Shown piece after piece: positions 23,300 to 36,350 of a stretch of 64,000 nt of DNA. The stretch is from the human T2T-CHM13v2.0 reference genome, Homo sapiens. The stretch's first letter is position 1; the number at the start of each line of letters is the position of its first letter. The notes under the pieces were generated by a model. It searched no databases. It saw only the letters and a program-made list of their open reading frames with translations, and had not been told where the DNA came from. Location of the stretch: assembly GCF_009914755.1 (NCBI RefSeq), contig NC_060942.1; one strand, given 5' to 3'. A program made the translations under genes and the position numbers.

Positions 23300-23710
23300 C
23301 CATATTTTTTACTCTTGTCTTTGTGAGTTTTTTGTGCCATTCTCTCCTCTGGAATGGTCTTCTGTGCTTACACATTCCAAGGGCTACTCCATTTTACAAG
23401 AAACAGTTCATGTTTGCTACTTTGGGGTTGATCCCATGATAATTCTGGTTCTCACTTGGTCTTTCCCTGTGAGATGCAGTAGCATTCAAAATTCTCAGAC
23501 TATTCTATGCACCTTGGCAGATTTATGGTAATGGTCTATAATTGCTTCATATCTGCTAACCTTGCTTCCAAAACTAGTTTTTGAGATTAATGAGACAGGA
23601 GCTTGGCTTTTTCTTTCTGTATAGCTTCCATAGCAACAAGAAAATATTAGACACACAGTAGGCATTGGAAGAAAATGTGTTCAGTTAAATGAACTTGATT
23701 TGAATGGAAT
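23300..23710 (+). mobile_element. L2 3' fragment
   Basis: ttctctcctctggaatggtcttc...gagacaggagcttggc...agacacacagtaggcattgg..aatgtgttcagttaaatgaa. Confidence 0.5.
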
Positions 23711-24739
23711 GAGAGTTCAATGAAACTGTATATATTGTGAAACGTGGCAACTTACACCTACTCAAGACATTAAAAGAGATCATGCTTTCTTGCCTAAGTT
23801 TTATGTCCAATTTGTTCCTGTTTCAAACCCCTCGACAAAAACAAAATCTTTTAATCTGTTTGCAAAATATTTCCTCCTTCCTCCCATCTTGCTGTTGCTG
23901 CTCTGTGATATACTGCCCTTGCTTATTACCCCTTTATAGCTGTTTTGTTAAAGTTCATACCGCTAAGACCTGTAAAAGAAATTTATGGCTCTAGGGATTT
24001 CAGCAAATTCTAAATAACCATAACAGGAACAGGAAGCATTAATTAAAGACACTAGAGTCTAAGTTATAACAGAAATCCTGACATTTAAGGCCCTGGTACC
24101 ATTTAAATTTAAAATGGTATGACAAACAGAGAGTAATTTGATGGTCAGAAGGTTATAATGGATACCTTAATACCTTTGCCAAGAAAAAGTGTCTGTCCTT
24201 GCTCTAACCCCTACCCAGGGGCTTCAGGGGCCTCCTTCATAAAACATGGTGATGCCTAAATATTTTTGCGATATCTCATATATAAGCTGGTCTTTTCTTT
24301 AAGAATACGAGAGATTAAACACCAACCCCCAACATTCATACACCAATTTTCAGATAAAACAGCTTAATATTTAAGATATATTTAGTGCAATTTGTCTATT
24401 TCTTGGTTTACTGGAGGGCTGTATTTAAAGCCAAGGGACCAAGGAACATTCCACAACACACTAAAGCAATTTTTCCCCAGGGAATATGCTGATTCTTTCC
24501 TAAAGGCAGAAGCCGACATTCCTGACTCATTCTGCCAAACCAAGCAATGAAAAATGCTTCACCTAATTTGAAAGATAATTTGTAATACCAGAGACTCAAC
24601 TTGTTTTGTGTATCCAATACTAGCACCCTTTCCAGAATGTTGAAAGTACACACTGTATGATTTGTCTAATGTATATTCAAAAAAGGAATACAAATTGATC
24701 CTCAAAGTTCAAATCTGCAGTACATACTCTGTGTTCTGC

Positions 24740-24995
24740 CCCCACCCGTACCTTCATGAATTCTTTCACCTAGCACGCAGGCTGTTTTCCCTTTGCGAAA
24801 TCCCATGGTACATTTATAGTATTAATACCACTCACTTAGAATATGCCGTATTTTGTCTAATATTGCTAGATTTTGTGTGTATAATCTTATTCCTCAAGTA
24901 AATTACAAGACAAGGACTATAATTTATACATCCTCTACAACACTTGACACTGGCTTTGATTAGGCTCTTAATAAATATTTGTTGGTTGATTAATC
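24740..24995 (+). mobile_element. L2 3' fragment
   Basis: gacaaggactata...acacttgacactggc...taggctcttaataaatatttgttggttgattaat. Confidence 0.45.
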
Positions 24996-27044
24996 AGTTG
25001 ACCACACTTACTAATTGCAAGGTGACATCATTTATCATTAATAAACATATATGTGGATTACAAAAATATCATGTGAATTTGCATATAATCATATTAATCC
25101 CAAATTAGCACCTGAGAGTCCAACCACCCTCTCCTTTAGGCCCTTTTCACTTTTATGTCTACTTTTGCCTCACTTACAATTCCACTACTTACTTGCCTTC
25201 TTTCTCTTTTCAGCTTTGTGCTGTTATTTAATATCTCACCAGTTGTGTAATTTCAGCTCCCAAATTGAATAAGACGTTCCCCCCAGTGGAACCCTCACCT
25301 TGACAAATAGCCAAATAGTAATTATTCCTTTCAGGGGTTGAGCTATGGAATCATGCTTGCAATATCCCAGGCTTGAGTGCCTAGATATTTATGCTATACT
25401 TCCCTGTGTCGGAGTTTCCATCTGCGATTGTATTTCAAGCCCTCTCATTTTTTTTTTCAATATGATTAAGATAATTCCTTTATGAAGTTGGAAACTCAGA
25501 CATTCAGAAAGAAACTTGACGTTTCATATTTTTGCTAACTTGCTCTTCCCATTTCCTTTCCTATCATTTTAGCCAGACTGAGGGAGAATTAATTTTGCAA
25601 TGGTCTCTATTTTTTTTTCCAAATGTGTGACCTCCATATTAATAGGAGCCAGAGTACTCATTCATCACATCTGGTCAGTGTGAAACTGACATTTACAGGG
25701 TGGAATGTTTCCCACTCAGGACAAATGGGGATCATTTGTAAAACATGCCGCACCCAATCATAGGTTCCCATGGATCTCCAACTACATTTTTAAGCAACAA
25801 TATAAACCATTCCCGAAACTGAAAGGTCTTTTCAAATATTTACTGCCTACCTATGGAATTTTTATTCTGCTTGCTGCTGCCATCAATAATCCTGGGAGTT
25901 CCTAGCTAAGTGTTGTGTATGACCTCCAAGGAAAGTCTTAGCATTGCAGAATGGGGAGGCGGGTTAGTATCCTGCATTTTTCATTCTGTCACTTTCTAGG
26001 GACAATTACAAAGAAAATAATCATATAAGACTTATTTTTATGTTTATTATGAAAGCCTTCAGCTCTTGCATTTGCAAGTAAGCTCAATGATTTTAAGTTT
26101 GCTTTTTCCCCCATGAAATGAAATATTATTTCCCACTTCTTCCATGAATCTATTGGGTAACTCCAGGCCACTGTGATCTTTCATCTGGCATTTTGCTTTT
26201 ATTTTTCTAGATCACAGTTGTGATTTAAAGCCCTCCTGGCACTTGGACACCTTGGTGATCTTAGCTCATGCTCCTAGTTCCATAGTGATGAATTGACCAA
26301 ACTTTTTCCCAAGGATATCTGCTAATTCTGGAGTTTCTGCTTTCTTATTATCTGTTCTGTCTTTTGGTTCTGTATTGATATAACAAGCTTTGTCCCCTTA
26401 TCAATGAGGGCACAAAATGCAGCACTTCAAATAATTTCTGCAAAAATTTACAGTTGCTGCATTAAGAATTTTGTGAGCTTCAATAATGTTATTGAAAAGT
26501 TGCAGATTCCCTCCTCCTTCTTTTTCTCCTTTCCTCCTCTTTCTGCCCTGTCTCCCCTTCATTATTCTCCTCTTCTTCTCAAAAGCAAACAATCATTTTT
26601 CTTGCCTACTGAAGAATACTTGTAATGTTATTCTCAAAACCTGGACACCAGCTCAACTCCTTCTTTGTTCTACAAGTATTCACCCACCCTAATAGGGAGT
26701 TTATTCCAATGAAAAGACTGTGTTCCTCCTCAGAGGAATTTATGAGGTGGTAAGAGAGTAGAATTGCATTAATCTTATGCCATTCCTAGAGAATTCTTAT
26801 TTCCTCAATTAAGGTTTAATTGCTCTGTTCTGAAAAAAAAAAAAAAATGGTGAGTCCAAGCAGATAATTTACAGTGACCTGTATCTGTGACTAGTTTTAA
26901 GGCTACCCTGAGGTCAGAATTTAAACATGTTAATTCAGTACTGGACTTAATAGTAAACAAGATAGAGATATCTCTGTCTCACAAAGATTTGTAATACAAC
27001 TCACAGAAGCTTTACTCCAAATGAAAGGGTCATAGTTAGAGGGA

Positions 27045-27350
27045 AATTCCATAATAATAGTACCTATCTGATAGGGTGAATGTGGGAATTAAACGAGTTC
27101 ATAGCTATAAAGAATTTCAGAGGCCATCTGGCAATCACAAATAATAACTCTTAGTGGCAGCATTAGCTAGTTCCTGAATAGCCAAATATCTTGAATCCTC
27201 ATAACAATGATTCAAATAAATGTCATCATTATTTCACAGAGTAAGATACTTAAGCATTGGGAGTTATTAAGCAATTCTTTAAGGACATAGCAGCAACATG
27301 TAGAGGAGCTGAAATTACAACATGGTTCTTTCCGAACTTTAAGTCCCCTG
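27045..27350. mobile_element. Two adjacent MIR fragments in opposite orientations
   Basis: + strand: ataataatagtacctatctgatagggtgaatgtgggaattaaacgagtt; - strand: ttgaatcctcataacaat...atttcacagagtaagatacttaagcattgggagttattaagcaattctttaaggacatagcagc. Confidence 0.6.
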
Positions 27351-27719
27351 TTTTTGTGTCTATGACTTTAAATATTCATAGTGGAATATCTATCTATCTA
27401 CAGATAATTTCATGAAACATTAAACTAAGTTTGGTTTTTCTAAAATGCTAACCTCTGTTTAACTATCAACCTAGGCAAAAATGGACAATTCCCTGTACCT
27501 CAGAAGCTTTCCTAGTGCTCCTCCCATTCATAAAAATCTCCCATCCTTGGAAAATAGCCACGATAAAAATTATATCAAATCCCAACTTTTTATTTGTCCT
27601 TTTAACCAAATGACTTATGCTTTTCTAAATGATACAGATTTGCTTTGCCTATTTGGGAATGTTACATAACTAGAATCCTAGACAGAGCTCTTAATTGTAA
27701 CATTGTCATACATCAAATG

Positions 27720-29870
27720 TCAAGTGTCTACAAAGGGATGGATCACTCTGGGCTTTCAATGTTCTTCCATTGGTCTATTAAATTCCCTTAGAGCAATAAT
27801 CCTAGTATCTCATTTACTGAAGTGTTACAATAGGATTTATTTTTTGGTGGAATAAGTCCAACCATCTTCTTGTTTGTTCTTCAAGAATGCATGGACTATT
27901 CTCTGTACTTTGCCTTATCACATACATTTAAAAATAAACCTATTATTGCTATGAAATAATAATAAATAAAAGACTTGGGTTTTGTTTGATGTTACATTAT
28001 GTCTATAAAGTAAGGATCACTGACATCTGTAAAATTTGAATCTCCTAGTCTATAAAAAATTGAATATTTTTTGCTTATTCTGGGATCATTTCGATTATCT
28101 CCCAATAATGATTTTTGGTTGTCTCTGTAAAGATCTAGTACATAGTTTGCTAGATTTATTGTTAGAATTTTAATGTTTATGTTATTTTAAATAGTGTAAG
28201 TTTTATTTTTACTTATTTATTTATTTTACTTTTTCATGTCATTCACCTTTTAATCTTACAATGGTTTCTCATTGCTTAAAAACTCGAGATACATAACATG
28301 CACAATATAAGTGCACAAAACACATTCTATGAATTTTTGCACATGCATACACTCATGAAACTACCAACCAGATCAAAATAAAGAATTTTTTGTTTTGTTT
28401 TGAGACAGGGTCTTGCTCTGTCGCCCAGGCTGGAGTGCAGTGGCGCCATCATATGTGTCCTCTTTATTGTAATATGCAAAATACTATTAACTTTTGAATA
28501 ATAATAAACTTGTACAATCCCCTTTTCAAGTGTAATAGTTTTTGAAGATTCTCTTGGACCTTCTGTGTGTATGATTGCATTATATGCAGATAATAAGACC
28601 TTTAATTCTTCTTTTCACTTCCTTATACATCATTTCTTATTTATGTAGTTATAAATTTATATGTGTATTTATGCATATGTATATTATTTGTTTAAGGACA
28701 TATCATTAAAATGTAGAGAAGCTGGAATTATGGTTATTTCTGAACTTAAAGACTATTCATATTTAATTATCAATTTCATAGGGAATGCTTTGTTTCAACA
28801 GTAAGTATTAATTTTGCTATAAGTGTTTGTGTGTTTGTTAGGTTTTAATGAGATCGTTTACTGGATAAAAACAATTTTGTTTAGATTAGTTCTTTTCTAA
28901 TCTTAATTTGCTATTATGAGATTTTGAATTTGTCAATTTTTCTCTATATGTGTTTGTATAGTCATCTCATAATTCTCTTTAATTTTGAAAGTATGGCAAA
29001 TTGCATTGATTGCTTTTAAATGTTAATCTGACCTTACATTTCTGAGATAAATCCAGTTTAGTAATTATACTTTGCTCATTTTATGTATTGTTAGATGCAG
29101 CTTTCTAACATATTGTTGACTTTTTTATTTGTACTTTTGAGAAATATTGCTCTATATGTTTTCTTCTTTATAAATTCTCATGATGTTTCTGTAACAAGAT
29201 TAGGATAATTTACTAAAATATATTGTGAAATGTACCATTTTTTCCTATTCTATGGAAGATTTGGCATGATATTGGAAATTTTTCTTCCTTAAATATTTAA
29301 TAGAACTGAAGAATGTAGCCATCTGGAAGCAGATACTGTTTTTTTCCTTTATCTTCTTTTTCTGTATAATTAAATTTAATTATAAATTTAATTTATTTAA
29401 TAAAATGATTAGAAGAATATTTGGATATTCTATTTCTTATTTCTGCCTGAATAAGTTTTGGTAAGTAAAACAATTTATCCATTCAACATTTTCAAATGTA
29501 TCAACATAAATTTGTACCTAATGCCCTGTTATTATTTGTTTAATCTCCACAGTGCCTATAGTGGTATCTCATTTATTATATCTTGATTAAGTTAATTAAG
29601 CTTTTGTCCTCTGTAATCAGGTTTGTCTGAAGCTGATGTATTTTATTAGTCTATTTACAGAACATTTCTTAACTTTGCTGAAACTCTATAATACAATAAA
29701 TGTTTTCTATTTTATTAATTTTTGCTATTATATTTAGTATTTACTTCTTTTTATTTTATGTTTATTTTGTTGTTTTTTAATAAAATTCTTGAGATAAATG
29801 CTTACCTCATTAATTTTCAATTTTTTTATTTTCTAATATATGTATTAAAATATAAATTACTCTTTGAGTT
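27720..29870 (-). mobile_element. Ancient L1ME-like ORF2 fragments
   Basis: Antisense L1 motifs: tgttcttccattggtctatt; tttgttcttcaagaat..ggactattct; cttccttaaatatttaatagaa..gtagccatctgg; tcttgagataaatgcttacctcattaattttca. Confidence 0.7.
28386..28453 (-). mobile_element. AluJ/FLAM 3' fragment
   Basis: ttttgttttgttttGAGACAGGGTCTTGCTCTGTCGCCCAGGCTGGAGTGCAGTGGCGCCATCATA (the GGGTCT and ATCATA variants are J-type), then an abrupt end. Confidence 0.88.
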
Positions 29871-29909
29871 TCTTATAATGTTAAACACTTACTAAACGAC
29901 TCAACATTA

Positions 29910-31215
<1,306 letters not shown>

Positions 31216-32359
31216 AACGTGGGTGCAAGTAAGTAAGTAATAGAAAATGCATAGGAAATGATGTTATATAATGCACTATTTTCATTAATTTAAATAAAAG
31301 GACTATTAATGTTTTGTATGGGTTCAATCAGAATGGAATAAAAAAAATAGAGCTGATACCAAGTTAAGGCAAATGTTTCTTACATAGTTTCCTCCTAAGC
31401 TACTTTGATAATGTAGGCATAGAGATTTATTATTCAGAATAATGATTTAATACCTTTATCTGCTTTTCTTGGCTCAGATATAGTACTGTGACAAAATTGA
31501 GATCTGTGTCTCCCATTATCAAGACATACTAACAAATATTTCTTATCAGCTTAAATGAACAGAATTCAAGGACATGATTTCAACTGCCTGGACATTATGT
31601 TCAACTCAACCTATAGCAACTGTGGTAGTCTGAAGCACATCAATTTGGTTTAGCTGACATTACAGCTTTTGAAATCTTTTCCCTGGATTGTACCAGATCA
31701 GAGTTGGCCAAAACAGGAAATTACATGACGTTGGGAAGATAGAAGTAAGCAGAAACCATTGCTCTTTGAAGGTCATCATGGTTAAATTAGATGAAAGACA
31801 GTCGCAGAAATGGTGGCAGAGTCTAGCTGTTCTTTCTTTTCCTTTACATCTAGCACTTTTTTTGCATTTACTTTGTTGGCCAACAGTAGCCCTAGGCTCA
31901 TCTCCACATGCTTGGGAGCAGATCAATAGAGATACAGTCATACCTGCTTTTATTGTTCTTTGCCTTATTGTGCTTTGCAGATACTGCTTTTAAAAAAACA
32001 AACAAACAAACAAAAAAAACCAATGGAAGATTTGTGGCAACCCTGAATCAAACAAATCTATGGACATCATTTTTCAATAGCATGTGCTCACCTTGTGGCT
32101 TTCTATCACATTTCAGTAATTTTTGCAGTATTTCAAGTTTTATTATTATTTTTATATCTATTATGGTGATCTGTGATCAGTGATCCTTGCTATTAGTGTT
32201 GTAATTATTCTGGTTTGCCACAAACAGCACCCATATAAAATGGAAAACTTAATTGATAAATGTTTTGTGTGTCTTAACTGCTCTACTGACCAGCCATTCC
32301 CATATCTGTCACCCTTCCCTCAGGCCTCTCTATTCCCCAGAATAGAACAATAACCTTAC

Positions 32360-33760
32360 AATTCCCTTTAAGTGTTCAGGGGAAAGAATGGTTACACTTC
32401 TCTCACTTTAGATCAAAGCTACAGATTATCAAGGTTGGTAAGGAAGACATGTCCCAGGCTGTGATAGGCCGAAAGCTAAGCCTCTTGCAACAAACAGCCA
32501 ATTTGTAAATGCAAAAGGAAAAGTTCTTGAAGGAAATTAAAAGCTCTATTAAAAGCTCTACTTCAGTGAACATGCAAATGATAAGAAAGTGAAACAGGTT
32601 CAGTGTTCTGAAAAGAAGATCAAGCCAGCCACAACATTCACATAAGCCAAAGCCTGATTCAGAGCAAGGCACAATTCTCTTGAATTCTGTAAGGGCTGAG
32701 AGAGGTGAAGAAGCTGCAGAAGTAAAGTTAGAAGCTAGCAGAGATTGTTTCATGAGGTTTAAGGAAAGAAGCCATCTCCATAATATAAAAGTGTAAGGTG
32801 AAACAGCAAGTCCTGAAGTAGAAGCTGCAGCAAGTTATCTGGAAGATCTAGCTAAGATCATTGATGAAGATGGATATGCTAAACAACGCATTTTCAATGT
32901 AGATGAAACAGCCTTCTACTGGAAAAAGATGCCCTCTAAGACTTTCACAGCTACAGAGAAAAAGTCAAAGCCTAGCTTCAAAGCTTTAAAGAACAGGCTT
33001 ACTCTCTTAATAGGGGTGTATGTAATGTCGCCGGTGGCTTTAAGTTGAAGCCAATGTTCCCCTCCACTCTGAAAATTCTAGAGCTGTTAAAAATTATGTC
33101 AAATCTACTTTTCTTGTGCTACATAGATGCGAAAACAAAGCCTTGATAACAGCACATCTGCTTATGGCATGGTATACTAAATATTTTAAGCCCAGTCTTC
33201 ACACCTACTGTTCAGAAAAAAAGATTGCTTTCAAAATATTATTACTCATTAACAATGTATCTGGTCACCCAAGAGCTCTGGTGGAGATGTACAAGGAGAC
33301 TAATGTGTTTTATGTTAGTGACTCCTAACATAACACCCATCTGCAGCCATAGAAGAAGTAATTTTGACTTTCAAGTCTTATTAGTTAAGAAATAAATTTC
33401 ATAAGGCTATATGTAGCTGCCATAAGTAGTGATTTCTCTGATGGATGCGGGCAAAGTAAATTTATAACTTTTTGAAAGAATTTACCCTTATACATGCCAT
33501 TAAGAACATTTGTGAATGGGAGGACAACATATCAACATTAACAGGCATTTGAAGAAATTAATTCCAACCCTAATGGATGACATTGAGCTATTCAAGACTT
33601 CCATGGAGTAAGCAACTGCAGATGTAGAGAAAATAGCAAGAGAGGTAGAATTAGAAGTGGAGCCTGAAGGTGTGACTGAATTGCTGCAATCTTATGATAT
33701 TATATGAATGGAAGAGGAGTTGCTTCTTATGGATGAGCAAGAAAAGTGATAGTGATCTTT
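32360..33760 (+). pseudogene. Dead Tigger1 transposase (TIGD1-like) coding region
   Basis: From 32821 it translates [42 protein letters not shown] (first catalytic D). ORF 33116-33328 gives KILLLINNVSGHPRAL (second catalytic D changed to N versus LLIDNAPGH). Multiple stops and frameshifts. Confidence 0.88.
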
Positions 33761-34219
33761 TGTGATGAAATCTCCTGGTGAAAAGGCTGTGGACATTGTT
33801 AAAATGACAGCAAATGATTTAGAATATTAAATAAATAAACTTTTTCATAAAACAGCTGCATGGTTTGAAAGGATAGACTCCACATTTGAAAGAGTTCTAC
33901 TGTGGGTAAATGCTATCAAGCAGCATCATGTGTTACAGAGAAATCTATCATGAAAGGAAGATTCAGTACATGTGACAAATTTCATTGTCTTATATTAAGA
34001 AATTGTCACAGCCATCCAACCTCCAGCAACTACTACCCTGATGAATCAGCGACTGTCAACACTGAGCCAGGACTCTCTAGAAGCATGGAAGGCTCAGATG
34101 ATGGTGAGCAACTTTTAGCAATAGTGTATTTTTAATTAAGGCATGTACATTGCTTTTACAGACATAATGCTATTGCATACTTAATAGAACATGATATAGT
34201 ATAAACATAATTTTTATAG

Positions 34220-34595
34220 TAATATGGTTTGGCTGTGTCCCCAGCCAAATCTCACCTTGAATTGTTGTTCCCATAGTCCCCACTTGCCATGGGAGGGACC
34301 TGGTGGGAGGTACTTGAATCAGGGGGTGGTTACTTCCATGCTGTTCTCGTGATAGTGAATTCTCATGAGATCTGATGGTTTTATAAGGGGCTTTCTCCCC
34401 TCCTTTGCTCTGCACTTCTCCTTCCTACTACCTTGTGAAAAAGGATGTGTTTGCTTTCCCTTCAATCATGATTGTAATTTTCCTGAGGCCTTCCTAGCCA
34501 TGCTGAACTGTGAGCTTTTCTTTATAAATTACTTTTTCTTTATAAATTACCCAGTCTTAGGTATTTCCTCATAGGTATGAAAATGGAATAATACA
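34220..34595 (+). mobile_element. THE1 provirus 5' LTR (THE1C/D-like)
   Basis: TAATATGGTTTGGCTGTGTCCCCAGCCAAATCTCACCTTGAATTG...AAAATGGAATAATACA, followed directly by the internal start ATAAATTGGTACC. Confidence 0.94.
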
Positions 34596-35976
34596 ATAAA
34601 TTGGTACCCATAGAGTAGGGTGTTGATATACCCAAAAATGTAGAAGCGACTTTGAAACTGGGTAACAGGCAGCACTTGGAACAGTTGGGAGGTGCTCAGG
34701 AGAAGATAGAAAAACATGGGAAAGTTTGGAACTTCCTAGACACTTGTTGAATGGCTTTGAAAAAAATGCTGATGGTGATGAACAATAAAGTCCAGGCTGA
34801 GTTAGTCACAGATGGATATGAGGAACTTGTTGGGAATTGAAGCAAAGGTCAGTGACTCTTTTCATGCTTTAGCAAAGAGACTAGTGGCATTTTGCCCCTG
34901 CCCTATGGATCTGTGTAACTTTGAACTTGAGAGAGATGATTTAGGGTGTCTGGTGGAAGAAATTTCTAAGTAGCAAAGCATTTAAGAGGAATCACAGCAT
35001 AAAACTTTGGAAAATATGCAGCCTAATGATGCAGAGTAAAACAAAAACCCAACTTCTGAGGAGAATTTTAGCTTTCTGAAGAAATTTGCATAAGTAATGA
35101 AAAGCCAAATGTTAATCACCAAGACAATGAGGAAAATGTCTCCAGGGTATGTCAGAGACCTATGCAGCAGCCCCTCCCATTACAGGCCCAGAGGCCTAGG
35201 AGGAATAAATGGTTTCATGGGCCAGCCCAGGGACCCCCAACTGTGTGTAGCCTAGGGACTTGGTGCCCTGCATCCCAGCTGTTACAGCCATGGCTAAAAG
35301 GGGCCAAGGTATAGCTTGAGCTGTTGCTTCAGAGGGTGCAAGATGCAAGCCTTGGCAGCTTACATGTGGTGTTCAGCCTGTGGGTGCACAGAATTCAAGA
35401 ACTGAGATTTGGGAAACTTCCACCTGGATTTCAGAAGATGTATGGAAAAACTAGGATGTTCAGGCAAAAGTGTGCTGCAGGGTTGCATCTCTCAAGGAAA
35501 ACCTCTGCTAGGACAGTGAGGAAGGGAAATATGGGGTCAGAGCCCCCACACAGAGTCCCCACTGGGGCACTGCCTAGTGGAGCTGTGAGAAGAGAGCCAA
35601 CATCCTCCAGACCCCAGAATGGTAGATCCACCAACAGCTTGCACAATGCACCTGGAAGAATCAAAGATGCTTAATGCCCAACCCATGAGAGCAGCCAGAA
35701 GGGGGGCTATATTTCTCCATTTCTCCCAATTTCTCTTATTTGGAATGGGTGTATTTACCCAATACCTGTACCCCTATTCTATCGTGGAAGTAACTAACTT
35801 GCTTTTTATTTTACAGGCTTATAGGTGGAAGGGACTTGAGTTTTCTCAGATGAGACTTTGGACTTCAACATTTGACCTAATGCTGGAATGAGTTAAGACT
35901 TTGTAGGACTGTTAGAAGGTCATGATTGTGTTTTAAAATGTGAGGACATGAGATTTTGGAGGGGCCAGGGACAGAA
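34596..35976 (+). mobile_element. THE1-int internal sequence with an internal deletion near 35710
   Basis: ataaattggtacc..gaagcgactttgaaactgggtaacaggcag..cagagcccccacacagagtccccactggggcactgcctagtggagctgtgagaagag..; polypurine tract GGAGGGGCCAGGGACAGAA at 35958-35976. Confidence 0.94.
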
Positions 35977-36350
35977 TGATATGGTTTGGCTGTATCTCCA
36001 CCCAAATCTCATCTTGAGTTATAGCTCCTACCATTCCCACATCTTGTGGGAGGGACCCAATGGGAGGTATTTGAATCATGGGGGCAGTTACCTTTATGCT
36101 GATCTCATGATAGTGAGTGAGTTCTCTCAAGATCTGTTGGTTTTATAAGGGGCTTCTCCCGCACTTGGCTCTACTCTTCTTCTGGCCCCCATGTGAAGAA
36201 AGATGTGTTTGCTTCCCCTTCTGCCATAATTGTAAGTTTCCTGAGGCCTTCCCAGCCATGCTGAACTGTGAGTACATTAAACATCTTTTTCTTTGTAAAT
36301 TACCCAGTCTTTGGTATTTCTTCATAGTAGTATGAAAATGGACCAATACA
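35977..36350 (+). mobile_element. THE1 provirus 3' LTR
   Basis: TGATATGGTTTGGCTGTATCTCCACCCAAATCTCATCTTGA...GTGAGTACATTAAAC...AAAATGGACCAATACA; direct repeat of 34220-34595. Confidence 0.95.

Noticed and set aside
26961-26978. Short palindrome gatagagat|atctctgtc
   Set aside because: 9-bp low-complexity arms with a mismatch; expected by chance.
32360-33760. Domesticated TIGD-like transposase gene
   Set aside because: Multiple stops and frameshifts, the second catalytic Asp is changed to Asn, and the third motif is disrupted.
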